Shown here piece after piece: positions 17,109-25,093 of a stretch of DNA of 30,845 nt. Position 1 is the stretch's first letter; each line of letters opens with the position of its first letter. The stretch is taken from NCBI GenBank assembly GCA_002788475.1, contig PFRK01000037.1, forward strand, positions 1 to 30,845, read 5' to 3'. A program made the position numbers and the translations under genes. Below the pieces are notes generated by a model that ran no database searches, was not told the origin of the DNA, and saw nothing but the letters and a program-made list of their open reading frames with translations. Origin of the DNA: Candidatus Nomurabacteria bacterium CG_4_9_14_0_2_um_filter_32_10 (GTDB lineage Bacteria; Patescibacteriota; Minisyncoccia; Phycocordibacterales; UBA9973).

Positions 17109-20100
17109 ATTTTTTCAAATTAATATCAAGCGCAAGTCCTCGTAAATAATTGAGTAATACATTGAACGATGCGGTAGAATTTGGTGGTTTAATAGGTTCA
17201 TTTTTGATAATGGAATCAAATGTCGCAGATCGACCAAGAATGTCATCAGATTTAATAGTAAGCATCTCTCGTAATGTATAAGCTGCACCATAACCTTCTA
17301 ATGCCCACACTTCCATTTCTCCAAATCTCTGTCCTCCACCTTGAGCTTTTCCTCCTAAAGGTTGTTGAGTGATAAGTGAATAAGGTCCAATAGAACGCAT
17401 ATGAATTTTATCTTCCACCATGTGATGAAGTTTCAACATATACATATAACCAACAGCAATATCTTGAGAAAAAGCTTCTCCTGTACGCCCATCAAAAAGT
17501 TTTAATCTTCCATTTTCTGGAAATCCAGCTTTTTTTAATTCTTCTTTTATTTCTTCATGTCCTGCTCCTAAAAATGGAGGAACAATAGCTTGATATCCTA
17601 ACGTGTTAGCCGCCATACCAAGATGCATTTCCAAAATTTGTCCCAAATTCATACGAGAAGGAACACCAAGTGGTGAAAGAATTATATCAACCGGTGTACC
17701 ATCTGTTGTATATGGCATATCTTCTTCTGGAAGAATTCTTGAAATAACTCCCTTATTGCCATGCCTACCAGAAAGTTTATCCCCAACTGAAATATTTCTA
17801 ATTTGAGCAACTTCGATAACAATTTTTTTAATAATACCCGCCTCAAGGGTATGACCTAAGTCACGAGAGAAAATTTTAATACCTATAATGCGACCACGTT
17901 TACCGTGCTCCATTCGTAATGATGTATCTTTAACATCACGTGCTTTTTCAGCAAAAATTGAACGTAATAATCTTTCTTCTGGAGTAAGTTCAGTTTCTCC
18001 TTTTGGTGTAATTTTACCAATTAAAATATCATTTTCTCTGACTTCAGCTCCAATACGAACAATACCATCTTCATCCAAATCTTTAAGTTTTAATTCTCCA
18101 ACATTTGGAATATCACGAGTAGTAATCTCAGGTCCAAGCTTAGTATCACGAACAATACAAACAAATTCTTCAAGATAAATAGATGTAAACTTACTCTTTT
18201 TTATAAGACGCTCAGAAATAATTATAGCGTCTTCATAATTTAACCCGAACCAAGATAAGAAAGCAATAAAGACATTCTGCCCAATTGAAATTTGCCCATC
18301 CACTGTGCTAGTGGTGTCAGCCAAGACATCTCCTTTCTTTATTTTTTGACCGACATCTACTGTAGGTCGTTGATGAAATGCAGAAAAATTATTGTTTCTT
18401 AAAAAATTAACAAGCGTGTAAGTTTTTTCTTTTTCTCCTTTAGTTTTAATTATTATTTTTCTAGCATCTAAATAAGATACAATTCCATCTTCTTCTGCAA
18501 TAACAATTCTTCCAGAATCTCGAGAAGCTAGTGTTTCTATACCCGTAGCTACAAGTGGAGCTTCAGGAAGAACGCAGGGTACAGCTTGTTTCTGCATGTT
18601 AGATCCCATAAGTGCTCTATTCGCATCATTATGTTCTAGAAAAGGAATCATAGAAGTTGCGATAGAAAAACCTTGGTTAGCTGCAACATCAATAAAATCA
18701 ACTTCTTCACGATGAATCATACCAGGATTAGTTTTTACTCTCGCAGCAACTTTTTCATCTGTTATCTTTCCATTTTCATCATAAGAAATTCCAGCGTGTG
18801 CAATATTATATTTTTCTTCCTCAAGTGCATTCAAATATTGAATTTCATTTGTGATTTTACCATTCTTAACTTTCATATATGGAGTTTCAATGATTCCAAA
18901 ATCATTTATTTTTGCATAAGTAGAAAGATGTAAAATAAGTCCAATGTTTGGACCCTCAGGTGTGTGAATAGGACAAACTCTTCCATAGTGGGAAGGATGC
19001 ACATCACGAACTTCAAGACCTGCACGCTCACGAGTAAGACCACCAGGTCCAAGAGCTGAAAGTAAACGTATATGCTCTATTTCAGCCAACACATTTTCTT
19101 GACTCATAAATTGTGAAAGCTGGTTTGTAGTAAAAAATTCTTTTATACGAGCTTGTAGTGGGCGCTGATTTATAATATGAATTGGCATCGCAGTATCAAC
19201 ATCAATAATAGACATTCTGTCTTGAATATTTCTCTTTATCTGCATCATACCAGTACGCACTTTTTGTTGAAGCATTTCTCCAACAAATCGAACACGTCTT
19301 TGACCTAGGTGATCTATATCATCAGACTTCGCACCTACTGTATTATTCAAAACAATAATATTTGTAATTACTGTCATTAAATCCTCTTTAGAAAGAGTCC
19401 TGCGAGCAAGTTCTTCATCATCTAATACTTTTTCAAAACGTTTATTAAATCTATATCGTCCAACAGGAGAAAGATCATATCTCTCAGGAGTAAACAAAGA
19501 ATTAATAAATTCTTTAGCATTATCAGCTGTCGCCATATCTCCATCTCTTAAACGTTTGTATATTTCAATATAAGCATCATTTAATGTCTTAGCTACGTCT
19601 TTTGCTAAACAAGCTTCAATCGCTTCTTTACATATATTTTCCAAGCCAGAGGCTTGTCCGCCTTTAGCGGAAAATACTTCTAACATCATTTCATTGGTGC
19701 TATAACCCATAACACGTAATAATGTAGTTGCAGGAAACTTTCTTTTTTTATCTATCCTTACATATATTGCACCATCAGATTCTGATTCTATCTCAATCCA
19801 AACTCCACGAGCTGGAATAATCTTTGCACCAAAATATTTTTTACCTTTACTTTCAGATTCCGTAAAAAAAACTCCGAAAGAACGTGCGAGTTGCGGCACA
19901 ATAATACGTTCTACTCCATTTATAATAAAAGTCCCGTGTGGAGTCATCAAAGGAATCTCAGACATAAAAATCTCTTGTTCTTTGACAGTACCTAAAATTT
20001 TATTCGTTAACTTTACACGAGTTTTAAGAAGTCCTTGATATGAGAGTTTATTTATTTTAGCTTCATTTTCTTCACAATTTGGTTCACTAATAGAAAAAGA

Positions 20101-20304
20101 AGTAAAATCAAGCTCAAATTTTTTACCAGAATAATCTATGATCGGAGAAAATTCCTTAAAAACTTCCTTGATACCTTCTTCTATAAGCCATTTATAAGAT
20201 TTGGTTTGAGCTTCTATTAGATTTGGAAACTCTATTAAAGGTTTTTTATACCTCGCAAAATACTTCTTTGGACGCTTTTCTGTTTGCATGATTGATTTAA
20301 CCAA
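17092..20304 (-). CDS. rpoB: RNA polymerase beta subunit (alternative ATG start at 20289)
   Basis: GDKLSGRHGNKG, GGQRFGEMEVWALE and RALMGSNMQKQA motifs; about 1070 aa. Confidence 0.99.
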   Translation of the reverse strand: MVKSIMQTEKRPKKYFARYKKPLIEFPNLIEAQTKSYKWLIEEGIKEVFKEFSPIIDYSGKKFELDFTSFSISEPNCEENEAKINKLSYQGLLKTRVKLTNKILGTVKEQEIFMSEIPLMTPHGTFIINGVERIIVPQLARSFGVFFTESESKGKKYFGAKIIPARGVWIEIESESDGAIYVRIDKKRKFPATTLLRVMGYSTNEMMLEVFSAKGGQASGLENICKEAIEACLAKDVAKTLNDAYIEIYKRLRDGDMATADNAKEFINSLFTPERYDLSPVGRYRFNKRFEKVLDDEELARRTLSKEDLMTVITNIIVLNNTVGAKSDDIDHLGQRRVRFVGEMLQQKVRTGMMQIKRNIQDRMSIIDVDTAMPIHIINQRPLQARIKEFFTTNQLSQFMSQENVLAEIEHIRLLSALGPGGLTRERAGLEVRDVHPSHYGRVCPIHTPEGPNIGLILHLSTYAKINDFGIIETPYMKVKNGKITNEIQYLNALEEEKYNIAHAGISYDENGKITDEKVAARVKTNPGMIHREEVDFIDVAANQGFSIATSMIPFLEHNDANRALMGSNMQKQAVPCVLPEAPLVATGIETLASRDSGRIVIAEEDGIVSYLDARKIIIKTKGEKEKTYTLVNFLRNNNFSAFHQRPTVDVGQKIKKGDVLADTTSTVDGQISIGQNVFIAFLSWFGLNYEDAIIISERLIKKSKFTSIYLEEFVCIVRDTKLGPEITTRDIPNVGELKLKDLDEDGIVRIGAEVRENDILIGKITPKGETELTPEERLLRSIFAEKARDVKDTSLRMEHGKRGRIIGIKIFSRDLGHTLEAGIIKKIVIEVAQIRNISVGDKLSGRHGNKGVISRILPEEDMPYTTDGTPVDIILSPLGVPSRMNLGQILEMHLGMAANTLGYQAIVPPFLGAGHEEIKEELKKAGFPENGRLKLFDGRTGEAFSQDIAVGYMYMLKLHHMVEDKIHMRSIGPYSLITQQPLGGKAQGGGQRFGEMEVWALEGYGAAYTLREMLTIKSDDILGRSATFDSIIKNEPIKPPNSTASFNVLLNYLRGLALDINLKKYENFK
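19642..19671. repeat. Family A 30-bp insert in rpoB (SAKGGQASGL)
   Basis: caagcc-aga-ggcttg + tccgcc-ttt-agcgga, with compensatory stem changes. Confidence 0.9.
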
Positions 20305-20445
20305 AATAAAACAAAATAAACAAAAGAAAAACAGACGAAAAATGCTTTTCTCTAGCTTCTTTTAAATTTATTTAGGTATTTATGATTAAGCTCTATTAAT
20401 ACAAACTTGAGATACATCCGAAACTCAATCAATCTCTTATAACCT

Positions 20446-20473
20446 AGTATACTCGTATTCGATTTTTTGTCAA
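20446..20473 (-). promoter_or_regulatory. Sigma70 promoter for rpoBC (TTGACA-N16-TATACT)
   Basis: -35 at 20468-20473, -10 at 20446-20451. Confidence 0.75.
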
Positions 20474-20475
20474 CT

Positions 20476-20554
20476 AATTTCACCTCACCTCTACCCCCTC
20501 TCCTTTTTAAGGAGAGGGGAAATTTACCAACATGTAAATGGGGTGAGGTAAATT
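20476..20554. repeat. Branched palindromic element after the trmD stop
   Basis: Outer stem acctcacc/ggtgaggt, 11-bp stem cccctctcctt/aaggagagggg and 6-bp stem atttac/gtaaat. Confidence 0.75.
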
Positions 20555-21218
20555 ATTTTTTTTGTTTCCAATTTTCTATAAGTTTATGATTACCCAATAA
20601 TAAAACTTTAGGAACCTTATAACCTTTTCCTTTATAAACTAATTTTTCTGGCCTTGTATAAAATTCGCTACTAGATATTCTTTCTTCCTCCAAAGATTCA
20701 TATTTACCTAAAACTCCGGGAATTTGCCGAGAAACACAATCAACTAAAATCATAGCTGGAATTTCTCCACCAGTCAAAACATAATCCCCTATCGAAAGCT
20801 TTTTTGTCTTTAAAATTTTATCTACTCGAGCATCAATGCCTTCATATCTTCCGCAAATTAAAATAATATCTGTATATTTTTTAGAAACTTTTTTAGCAAA
20901 TGCAGTTGTAAATTTTTCTGCACTGGGGATAAAATTAATAACTAAAACAGCTTTTGACTTAGAGCTTTTAGCTTTTAGCTTTTTAAAAATAAAATCAACA
21001 GTTTTTAAAAGTGGCTCTGCTCTCATCACCATTCCAGGCCCTCCACCATAAGACTTATCATCGACTGGTCTATAATTATTTTTTGGAGCCTTAATAAAAT
21101 CTCTTGGATTATAGAATCTTACAAAAATAAGTTTATTTTTTATAGCTCGCCCAATAATAGACTCATTTATGTAAGAGCTAAACATATCAGGGAAAATAGT
21201 AACTATGTGATAGGTCAT
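20553..21218 (-). CDS. trmD: tRNA (guanine-N1)-methyltransferase
   Basis: GGGPGMVM, CGRYEGID and SIGDYVLTGGE motifs. Confidence 0.97.
   Translation of the reverse strand: MTYHIVTIFPDMFSSYINESIIGRAIKNKLIFVRFYNPRDFIKAPKNNYRPVDDKSYGGGPGMVMRAEPLLKTVDFIFKKLKAKSSKSKAVLVINFIPSAEKFTTAFAKKVSKKYTDIILICGRYEGIDARVDKILKTKKLSIGDYVLTGGEIPAMILVDCVSRQIPGVLGKYESLEEERISSSEFYTRPEKLVYKGKGYKVPKVLLLGNHKLIENWKQKK
20950..20984. repeat. Heptamer tandem tract (GCTTTTA-like x5) inside trmD
   Basis: gcttttg-acttaga-gctttta-gctttta-gcttttt, encoding KKLKAKSSKSKA. Confidence 0.65.
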
Positions 21219-21220
21219 AA

Positions 21221-21241
21221 CTTATAGCTTATAGCTTATAA
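21221..21241. repeat. Heptamer tandem repeat (CTTATAG x3) just upstream of the trmD ATG
   Basis: cttatag-cttatag-cttataa. Confidence 0.8.
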
Positions 21242-21258
21242 CAAAAAAATACAAGAAC

Positions 21259-21344
21259 AAAAAAAGAGCGAATGCAAAAGTTTTCGCCTGCGGGCACTGG
21301 TTTCGTTTTGTCCGCCAGAAAATTTTTGTATTCGCTCTTTTTTT
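21259..21344. repeat. 86-bp long hairpin E3 between khpA and trmD
   Basis: 21259-21285 pairs with 21318-21344 (27 bp, 2 G-T); inner stem 21290-21296/21309-21315. Confidence 0.85.
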
Positions 21345-21346
21345 AT

Positions 21347-21682
21347 TTATATTCCTTTCAAATCCTCCATTGCCTGATCAACAGTCTTTGTTGCTATTCC
21401 TTCATTTGTAGATCTTGGTTCAGGTCTCATTCCACCTTCTGGTTCGTTAATTTTTAAATTAACACGAGCATTATTCTTCATACCTATAATTCTTAACAAG
21501 GTACGAATGGCTTTTGCTGTATTGCCCATTCTTCCAATAATCTTACCCATATCCGCAGGATTTACTGTAAGAGAAATAAGCACACCCATCTCATCGACAG
21601 TACGATCGAGTTTTACATCGTTCGGATTGTCTACTAATGCCTTTACTACATACTCTAGAAATACTTTGTCAGCGTCTTGCAT
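21347..21682 (-). CDS. khpA: KH-domain RNA-binding protein (KhpA/YlqC family)
   Basis: DMGKIIGRMGNTAKAIRTLL motif; located downstream of rpsP. Confidence 0.9.
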   Translation of the reverse strand: MQDADKVFLEYVVKALVDNPNDVKLDRTVDEMGVLISLTVNPADMGKIIGRMGNTAKAIRTLLRIIGMKNNARVNLKINEPEGGMRPEPRSTNEGIATKTVDQAMEDLKGI

Positions 21683-21711
21683 AGTGTTTCAGATTTTTAT
21701 TTATAATTTTT

Positions 21712-21761
21712 TCCACCTGAGGCAGCCTGTCCGCCTTTGGCGGAGATCAGCCTCTGGCTGA
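21712..21761. repeat. Intergenic cluster of family A 15-bp hairpin units
   Basis: tccgcc-ttt-ggcgga (21730-21744), tcagcc-tct-ggctga (21747-21761) and a degenerate unit at 21712-21726. Confidence 0.85.
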
Positions 21762-21822
21762 AATGTTTGGCAGCGCTACGACCTTAAATGATTAACTGCA
21801 CTGCTGTAATAATTATACACAA

Positions 21823-21860
21823 CTCGCCAAAGGCGAGCAAGCTTGCCTGCCTCTGGCAGG
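21823..21860. repeat. Composite double hairpin directly after the rpsP stop
   Basis: ctcgcc-aaa-ggcgag, caagcttg, cctgcc-tct-ggcagg. Confidence 0.85.
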
Positions 21861-22169
21861 TTATTTTTTAGCTTTCAACTCCTTACGTTTTAGTGTTGGT
21901 TTCTTTTTAGGTAATACATTTTTCTTCTTACCTTCTACTACCTTTTGATGCACCATAAAATTATGCATAGTATCAGAGAGTTGGGCACCTTTTGAAACCC
22001 AATATTTTATTCTATCAGTTTTGAAATTAGTCTCCCCTGCTTTCGGATTATAAGTACCGACTATTTCTAAAAATCTTCCACTTTTTGTGCTATTTTTTGA
22101 ATCAGTCAAAACTGCCCGAAATGCTGGGTCATTCTTTCTACCAATTCTTTGTAATCTTATTTTTAACAT
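21861..22169 (-). CDS. rpsP: 30S ribosomal protein S16
   Basis: MLKIRLQRIGRKNDPAFR...GRFLEIVGTYNP. Confidence 0.97.
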   Translation of the reverse strand: MLKIRLQRIGRKNDPAFRAVLTDSKNSTKSGRFLEIVGTYNPKAGETNFKTDRIKYWVSKGAQLSDTMHNFMVHQKVVEGKKKNVLPKKKPTLKRKELKAKK

Positions 22170-22175
22170 CTTAAG

Positions 22176-22184
22176 AGTCTAACA
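22176..22184 (-). promoter_or_regulatory. Extended -10 (TGTTAGACT) 6 nt before the rpsP ATG
   Basis: TGn + TAnnnT at leaderless spacing. Confidence 0.5.
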
Positions 22185-22208
22185 TAATTCTCCAAAAAGG
22201 CAAATTAA

Positions 22209-23069
22209 TTAATGAAAATACCACATTACATCAAAATATCTTCCGATATTAAAATCACTGCCAACCATACAACTAGAAACCTCAGAATCTCCTATACATT
22301 TAGTCGTCTTTAAACTACTTACTAATGATGCCGGAAAAGAAAGCGCTATATAATTATTTGGTGTATAAGTTTGTTTTGGAGCAGGATAAGTAATATTTAT
22401 TTTTATCCCGTTTATAATAATAGTATCAGACACCCAATCATTTGGGAAAGGATATTTTTTCCCATTAATAATTACTGAATTTTTCCATGATAATTGTTTC
22501 TTTAAAATTTGATCTTCTGTCATTAAACTAACATCTAATTCCTGAGTAGAATCATTTATCTGACCAGAAAAAATCGAAAAAGTCATATTACAAGGACACG
22601 AAAGAGGTTCGTTGGGTATTTGATTTATTGCTATTGATTTATAAGAAAGAAGAATAAAGTCTTTACCCTTCGTATATACCCAACTAGAACTACCAGCACC
22701 ATCAGCATCAAATTTATTATCTCTTACCCAACCTTTAACTGTAAGTTTATCTTCATAATATTTATTAAACGACATACCAAGTTTATAGTATTGAGTGTCT
22801 AAGATATTTTTAGAATTTATTTTATAACCAGAAAGTTTTAAATCAAATATTTCTGTCGTTATAGCAACTTCAGTATTCCAAGATAAGTTTGGATATAAAG
22901 GATAAACGTCAGCAACTAAATTTTTAACTTCTAAAATAGGATCTACTATTGGATTTTGGGTAGTAGAATTATTTTTTGTTCCTAAATAATACGCCCCACC
23001 ACCAACAGCTAACACTACAATTATTACTAATATGATACCTAACCCTATAAAACCTTTGTTATTTTTCAT
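22209..23069 (-). CDS. Exported hypothetical protein with pilin-like N-terminus
   Basis: MKNNKG-FIGLGIILVIIVVLAV resembles a class III signal peptide (no Glu+5); CPC motif. Confidence 0.65.
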   Translation of the reverse strand: MKNNKGFIGLGIILVIIVVLAVGGGAYYLGTKNNSTTQNPIVDPILEVKNLVADVYPLYPNLSWNTEVAITTEIFDLKLSGYKINSKNILDTQYYKLGMSFNKYYEDKLTVKGWVRDNKFDADGAGSSSWVYTKGKDFILLSYKSIAINQIPNEPLSCPCNMTFSIFSGQINDSTQELDVSLMTEDQILKKQLSWKNSVIINGKKYPFPNDWVSDTIIINGIKINITYPAPKQTYTPNNYIALSFPASLVSSLKTTKCIGDSEVSSCMVGSDFNIGRYFDVMWYFH

Positions 23070-23109
23070 AAATTAATTATGAACTTTTTATATAAAAATG
23101 TAAATAATG

Positions 23110-23118
23110 TGTTATATT
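23110..23118 (+). promoter_or_regulatory. Extended -10 (TGTTATATT) 7 nt before the rnr ATG
   Basis: TGn + TAnnnT. Confidence 0.45.
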
Positions 23119-23125
23119 TAGCTTA

Positions 23126-25093
23126 ATGAAGAACAAAAAACAGAAAATATATAAAGCACTGCAAGGTACCATATCTATTACCTCAAAGGGCACTGGATAT
23201 GTCAAAGTTCCTGATTATGAACAAGATCCAGAGATTGATTTTAAAGATCTAAATACAGCACTTCATGGAGATATTGTTGAAATTATATTAAATAAAAAAG
23301 GATATAGACGCCTTACAGGAAGAGTATCAAGAATAATTTCACGTGCAAAGATTGGTTTTGTGGGAGTGCTGGAGGAGGTCAGTCCTCCTTCAGGAGGACT
23401 GACCTCCTCCAAATTCTTTCTAAAACCTGACGATACAAAGATGTATACAGATATTCTGATACCAGAAAAATTTTTAAAGGATGCAAAAACCGGCCTGCCT
23501 GCGCAGGCAGGACAAAAAGTTTATATAGAAATAACTTCTTGGACAGATGCATCTAAAGCACCAGAAGGTAAAGTAATAAAAATTCTAGGTCAACCCGGAG
23601 AAAATAGTGCAGAAATGCATGCTATTGCAATAGAAAAAGGTTTTGACAGTGATTTGCCACAAAAGGTAGAAGAAGAAGCAAAAAAAATTAAAACTCTAGG
23701 AATTAAAGAAGGAGACTTCGTTGAACGACGTGATTTTAGAAAAACTCTTACCTTTACTATCGACCCTGATGATGCAAAAGATTTTGATGATGCTATTTCT
23801 TTTAAAGAAATAGATAGCAATACATATGAAATAGGCATACATATAGCCGACGTAACACATTATGTAAAAATTGGGAGTGAATTAGATAAAGAAGCAAGAA
23901 ATAGAGGTACTTCCGTATATTTAGTCGATAGAACAATACCAATGCTTCCAGAGGCACTTTCAAATGACTTATGTTCTTTAATACCAAACAAAGATAGGCT
24001 CACCATGAGTGCTGTTTTTATTTTAGATAAAAATGCAAAAGTTAAAAAGGAATGGTTTGGAAAAACTATCATACATTCTCAAAAAAGATTCACTTATGAA
24101 GAGGCAGAAGAAACTATCAAGAAAGATTCAAAGCCATTACATAAAGAACTTCTTATTTTAAATAATCTAGCAAAAAAATTAACAAAAGAAAGATTTGCAA
24201 ATGGAGCAATATCTCTCGAGCAGGAAGAAGTAAAATTTATTTTAGATAAAAATGGAGTACCAATAAAAGTTATAAAAAAAGAACGAGGTAATTCTAACAA
24301 ATTAATAGAAGAATTTATGCTTTTAGCAAACAAAAAAGTAGCGGAAACAATTTCAAAAGGTACAAAGAAAGAAGGTGGTGTATTTGTTTACCGTATTCAC
24401 GACAATCCTAGTAAAGAAAAAATGACTGACTTAGCTTTCTTTTTAAAAAGTTTAGGATATAAAATATCTTTAGTAGATGGAGTTATACCTACATATGAAA
24501 TAAATAGTCTTTTAAAGAGTCTAGAAGGAAAAAATGAAGAAGATACAGTAAATCGAGCCGTCATACGTTCTATGGCAAAAGCAATTTATTCTACCAAAAA
24601 TATCGGACATTACGGTTTAGCATTTGAATATTATGCTCATTTTACTTCCCCTATTAGAAGATACCCAGACATAGTGGTACATAGACTTTTAAACGATTAT
24701 CTACAAGGAATAAAAGTAGGAAAAGAAAAATTAAATATATACGAAGAAATTTCAATAAAAGCATCAGAAAGAGAGAAATTTGCTTCCGATGCTGAACAAG
24801 CTTCTATAAAATATAAACAAGTTGAATATATGTCTTCTCGTATTACAGAAGTTTTCGAAGGAATCATAAGTGGAATAACAGAATGGGGTATCTATGTAGA
24901 AGAGAAAGAAACAAAATGTGAAGGACTAGTGCGAGTGCGAGACATGGAAGATGGCTTCTATGTTTTTAATGAAAAGAAATTAGAATTAGTCGGACAAAAG
25001 AATAAAAAAAGATATCGTTTAGGTGATCAAGTCAAAATAAAAATTAAAAATATTGATCTAAAAAGAAAAACGATAGATTACACATTAGTATGA
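23126..25093 (+). CDS. rnr: Ribonuclease R (RNB family)
   Basis: TIDPDDAKDFDDA catalytic motif, HFTSPIRRYPD, C-terminal S1 domain. Confidence 0.95.
   Translation: MKNKKQKIYKALQGTISITSKGTGYVKVPDYEQDPEIDFKDLNTALHGDIVEIILNKKGYRRLTGRVSRIISRAKIGFVGVLEEVSPPSGGLTSSKFFLKPDDTKMYTDILIPEKFLKDAKTGLPAQAGQKVYIEITSWTDASKAPEGKVIKILGQPGENSAEMHAIAIEKGFDSDLPQKVEEEAKKIKTLGIKEGDFVERRDFRKTLTFTIDPDDAKDFDDAISFKEIDSNTYEIGIHIADVTHYVKIGSELDKEARNRGTSVYLVDRTIPMLPEALSNDLCSLIPNKDRLTMSAVFILDKNAKVKKEWFGKTIIHSQKRFTYEEAEETIKKDSKPLHKELLILNNLAKKLTKERFANGAISLEQEEVKFILDKNGVPIKVIKKERGNSNKLIEEFMLLANKKVAETISKGTKKEGGVFVYRIHDNPSKEKMTDLAFFLKSLGYKISLVDGVIPTYEINSLLKSLEGKNEEDTVNRAVIRSMAKAIYSTKNIGHYGLAFEYYAHFTSPIRRYPDIVVHRLLNDYLQGIKVGKEKLNIYEEISIKASEREKFASDAEQASIKYKQVEYMSSRITEVFEGIISGITEWGIYVEEKETKCEGLVRVRDMEDGFYVFNEKKLELVGQKNKKRYRLGDQVKIKIKNIDLKRKTIDYTLV
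23370..23411. repeat. 42-bp palindrome in frame in rnr (EEVSPPSGGLTSS)
   Basis: Perfect 20-bp arms tggaggaggtcagtcctcct / aggaggactgacctcctcca around TC. Confidence 0.95.
23494..23511. repeat. 18-bp perfect palindrome in frame in rnr (GLPAQAG)
   Basis: cctgcctgcgcaggcagg; removing it restores K-T-G-Q-K. Confidence 0.95.
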
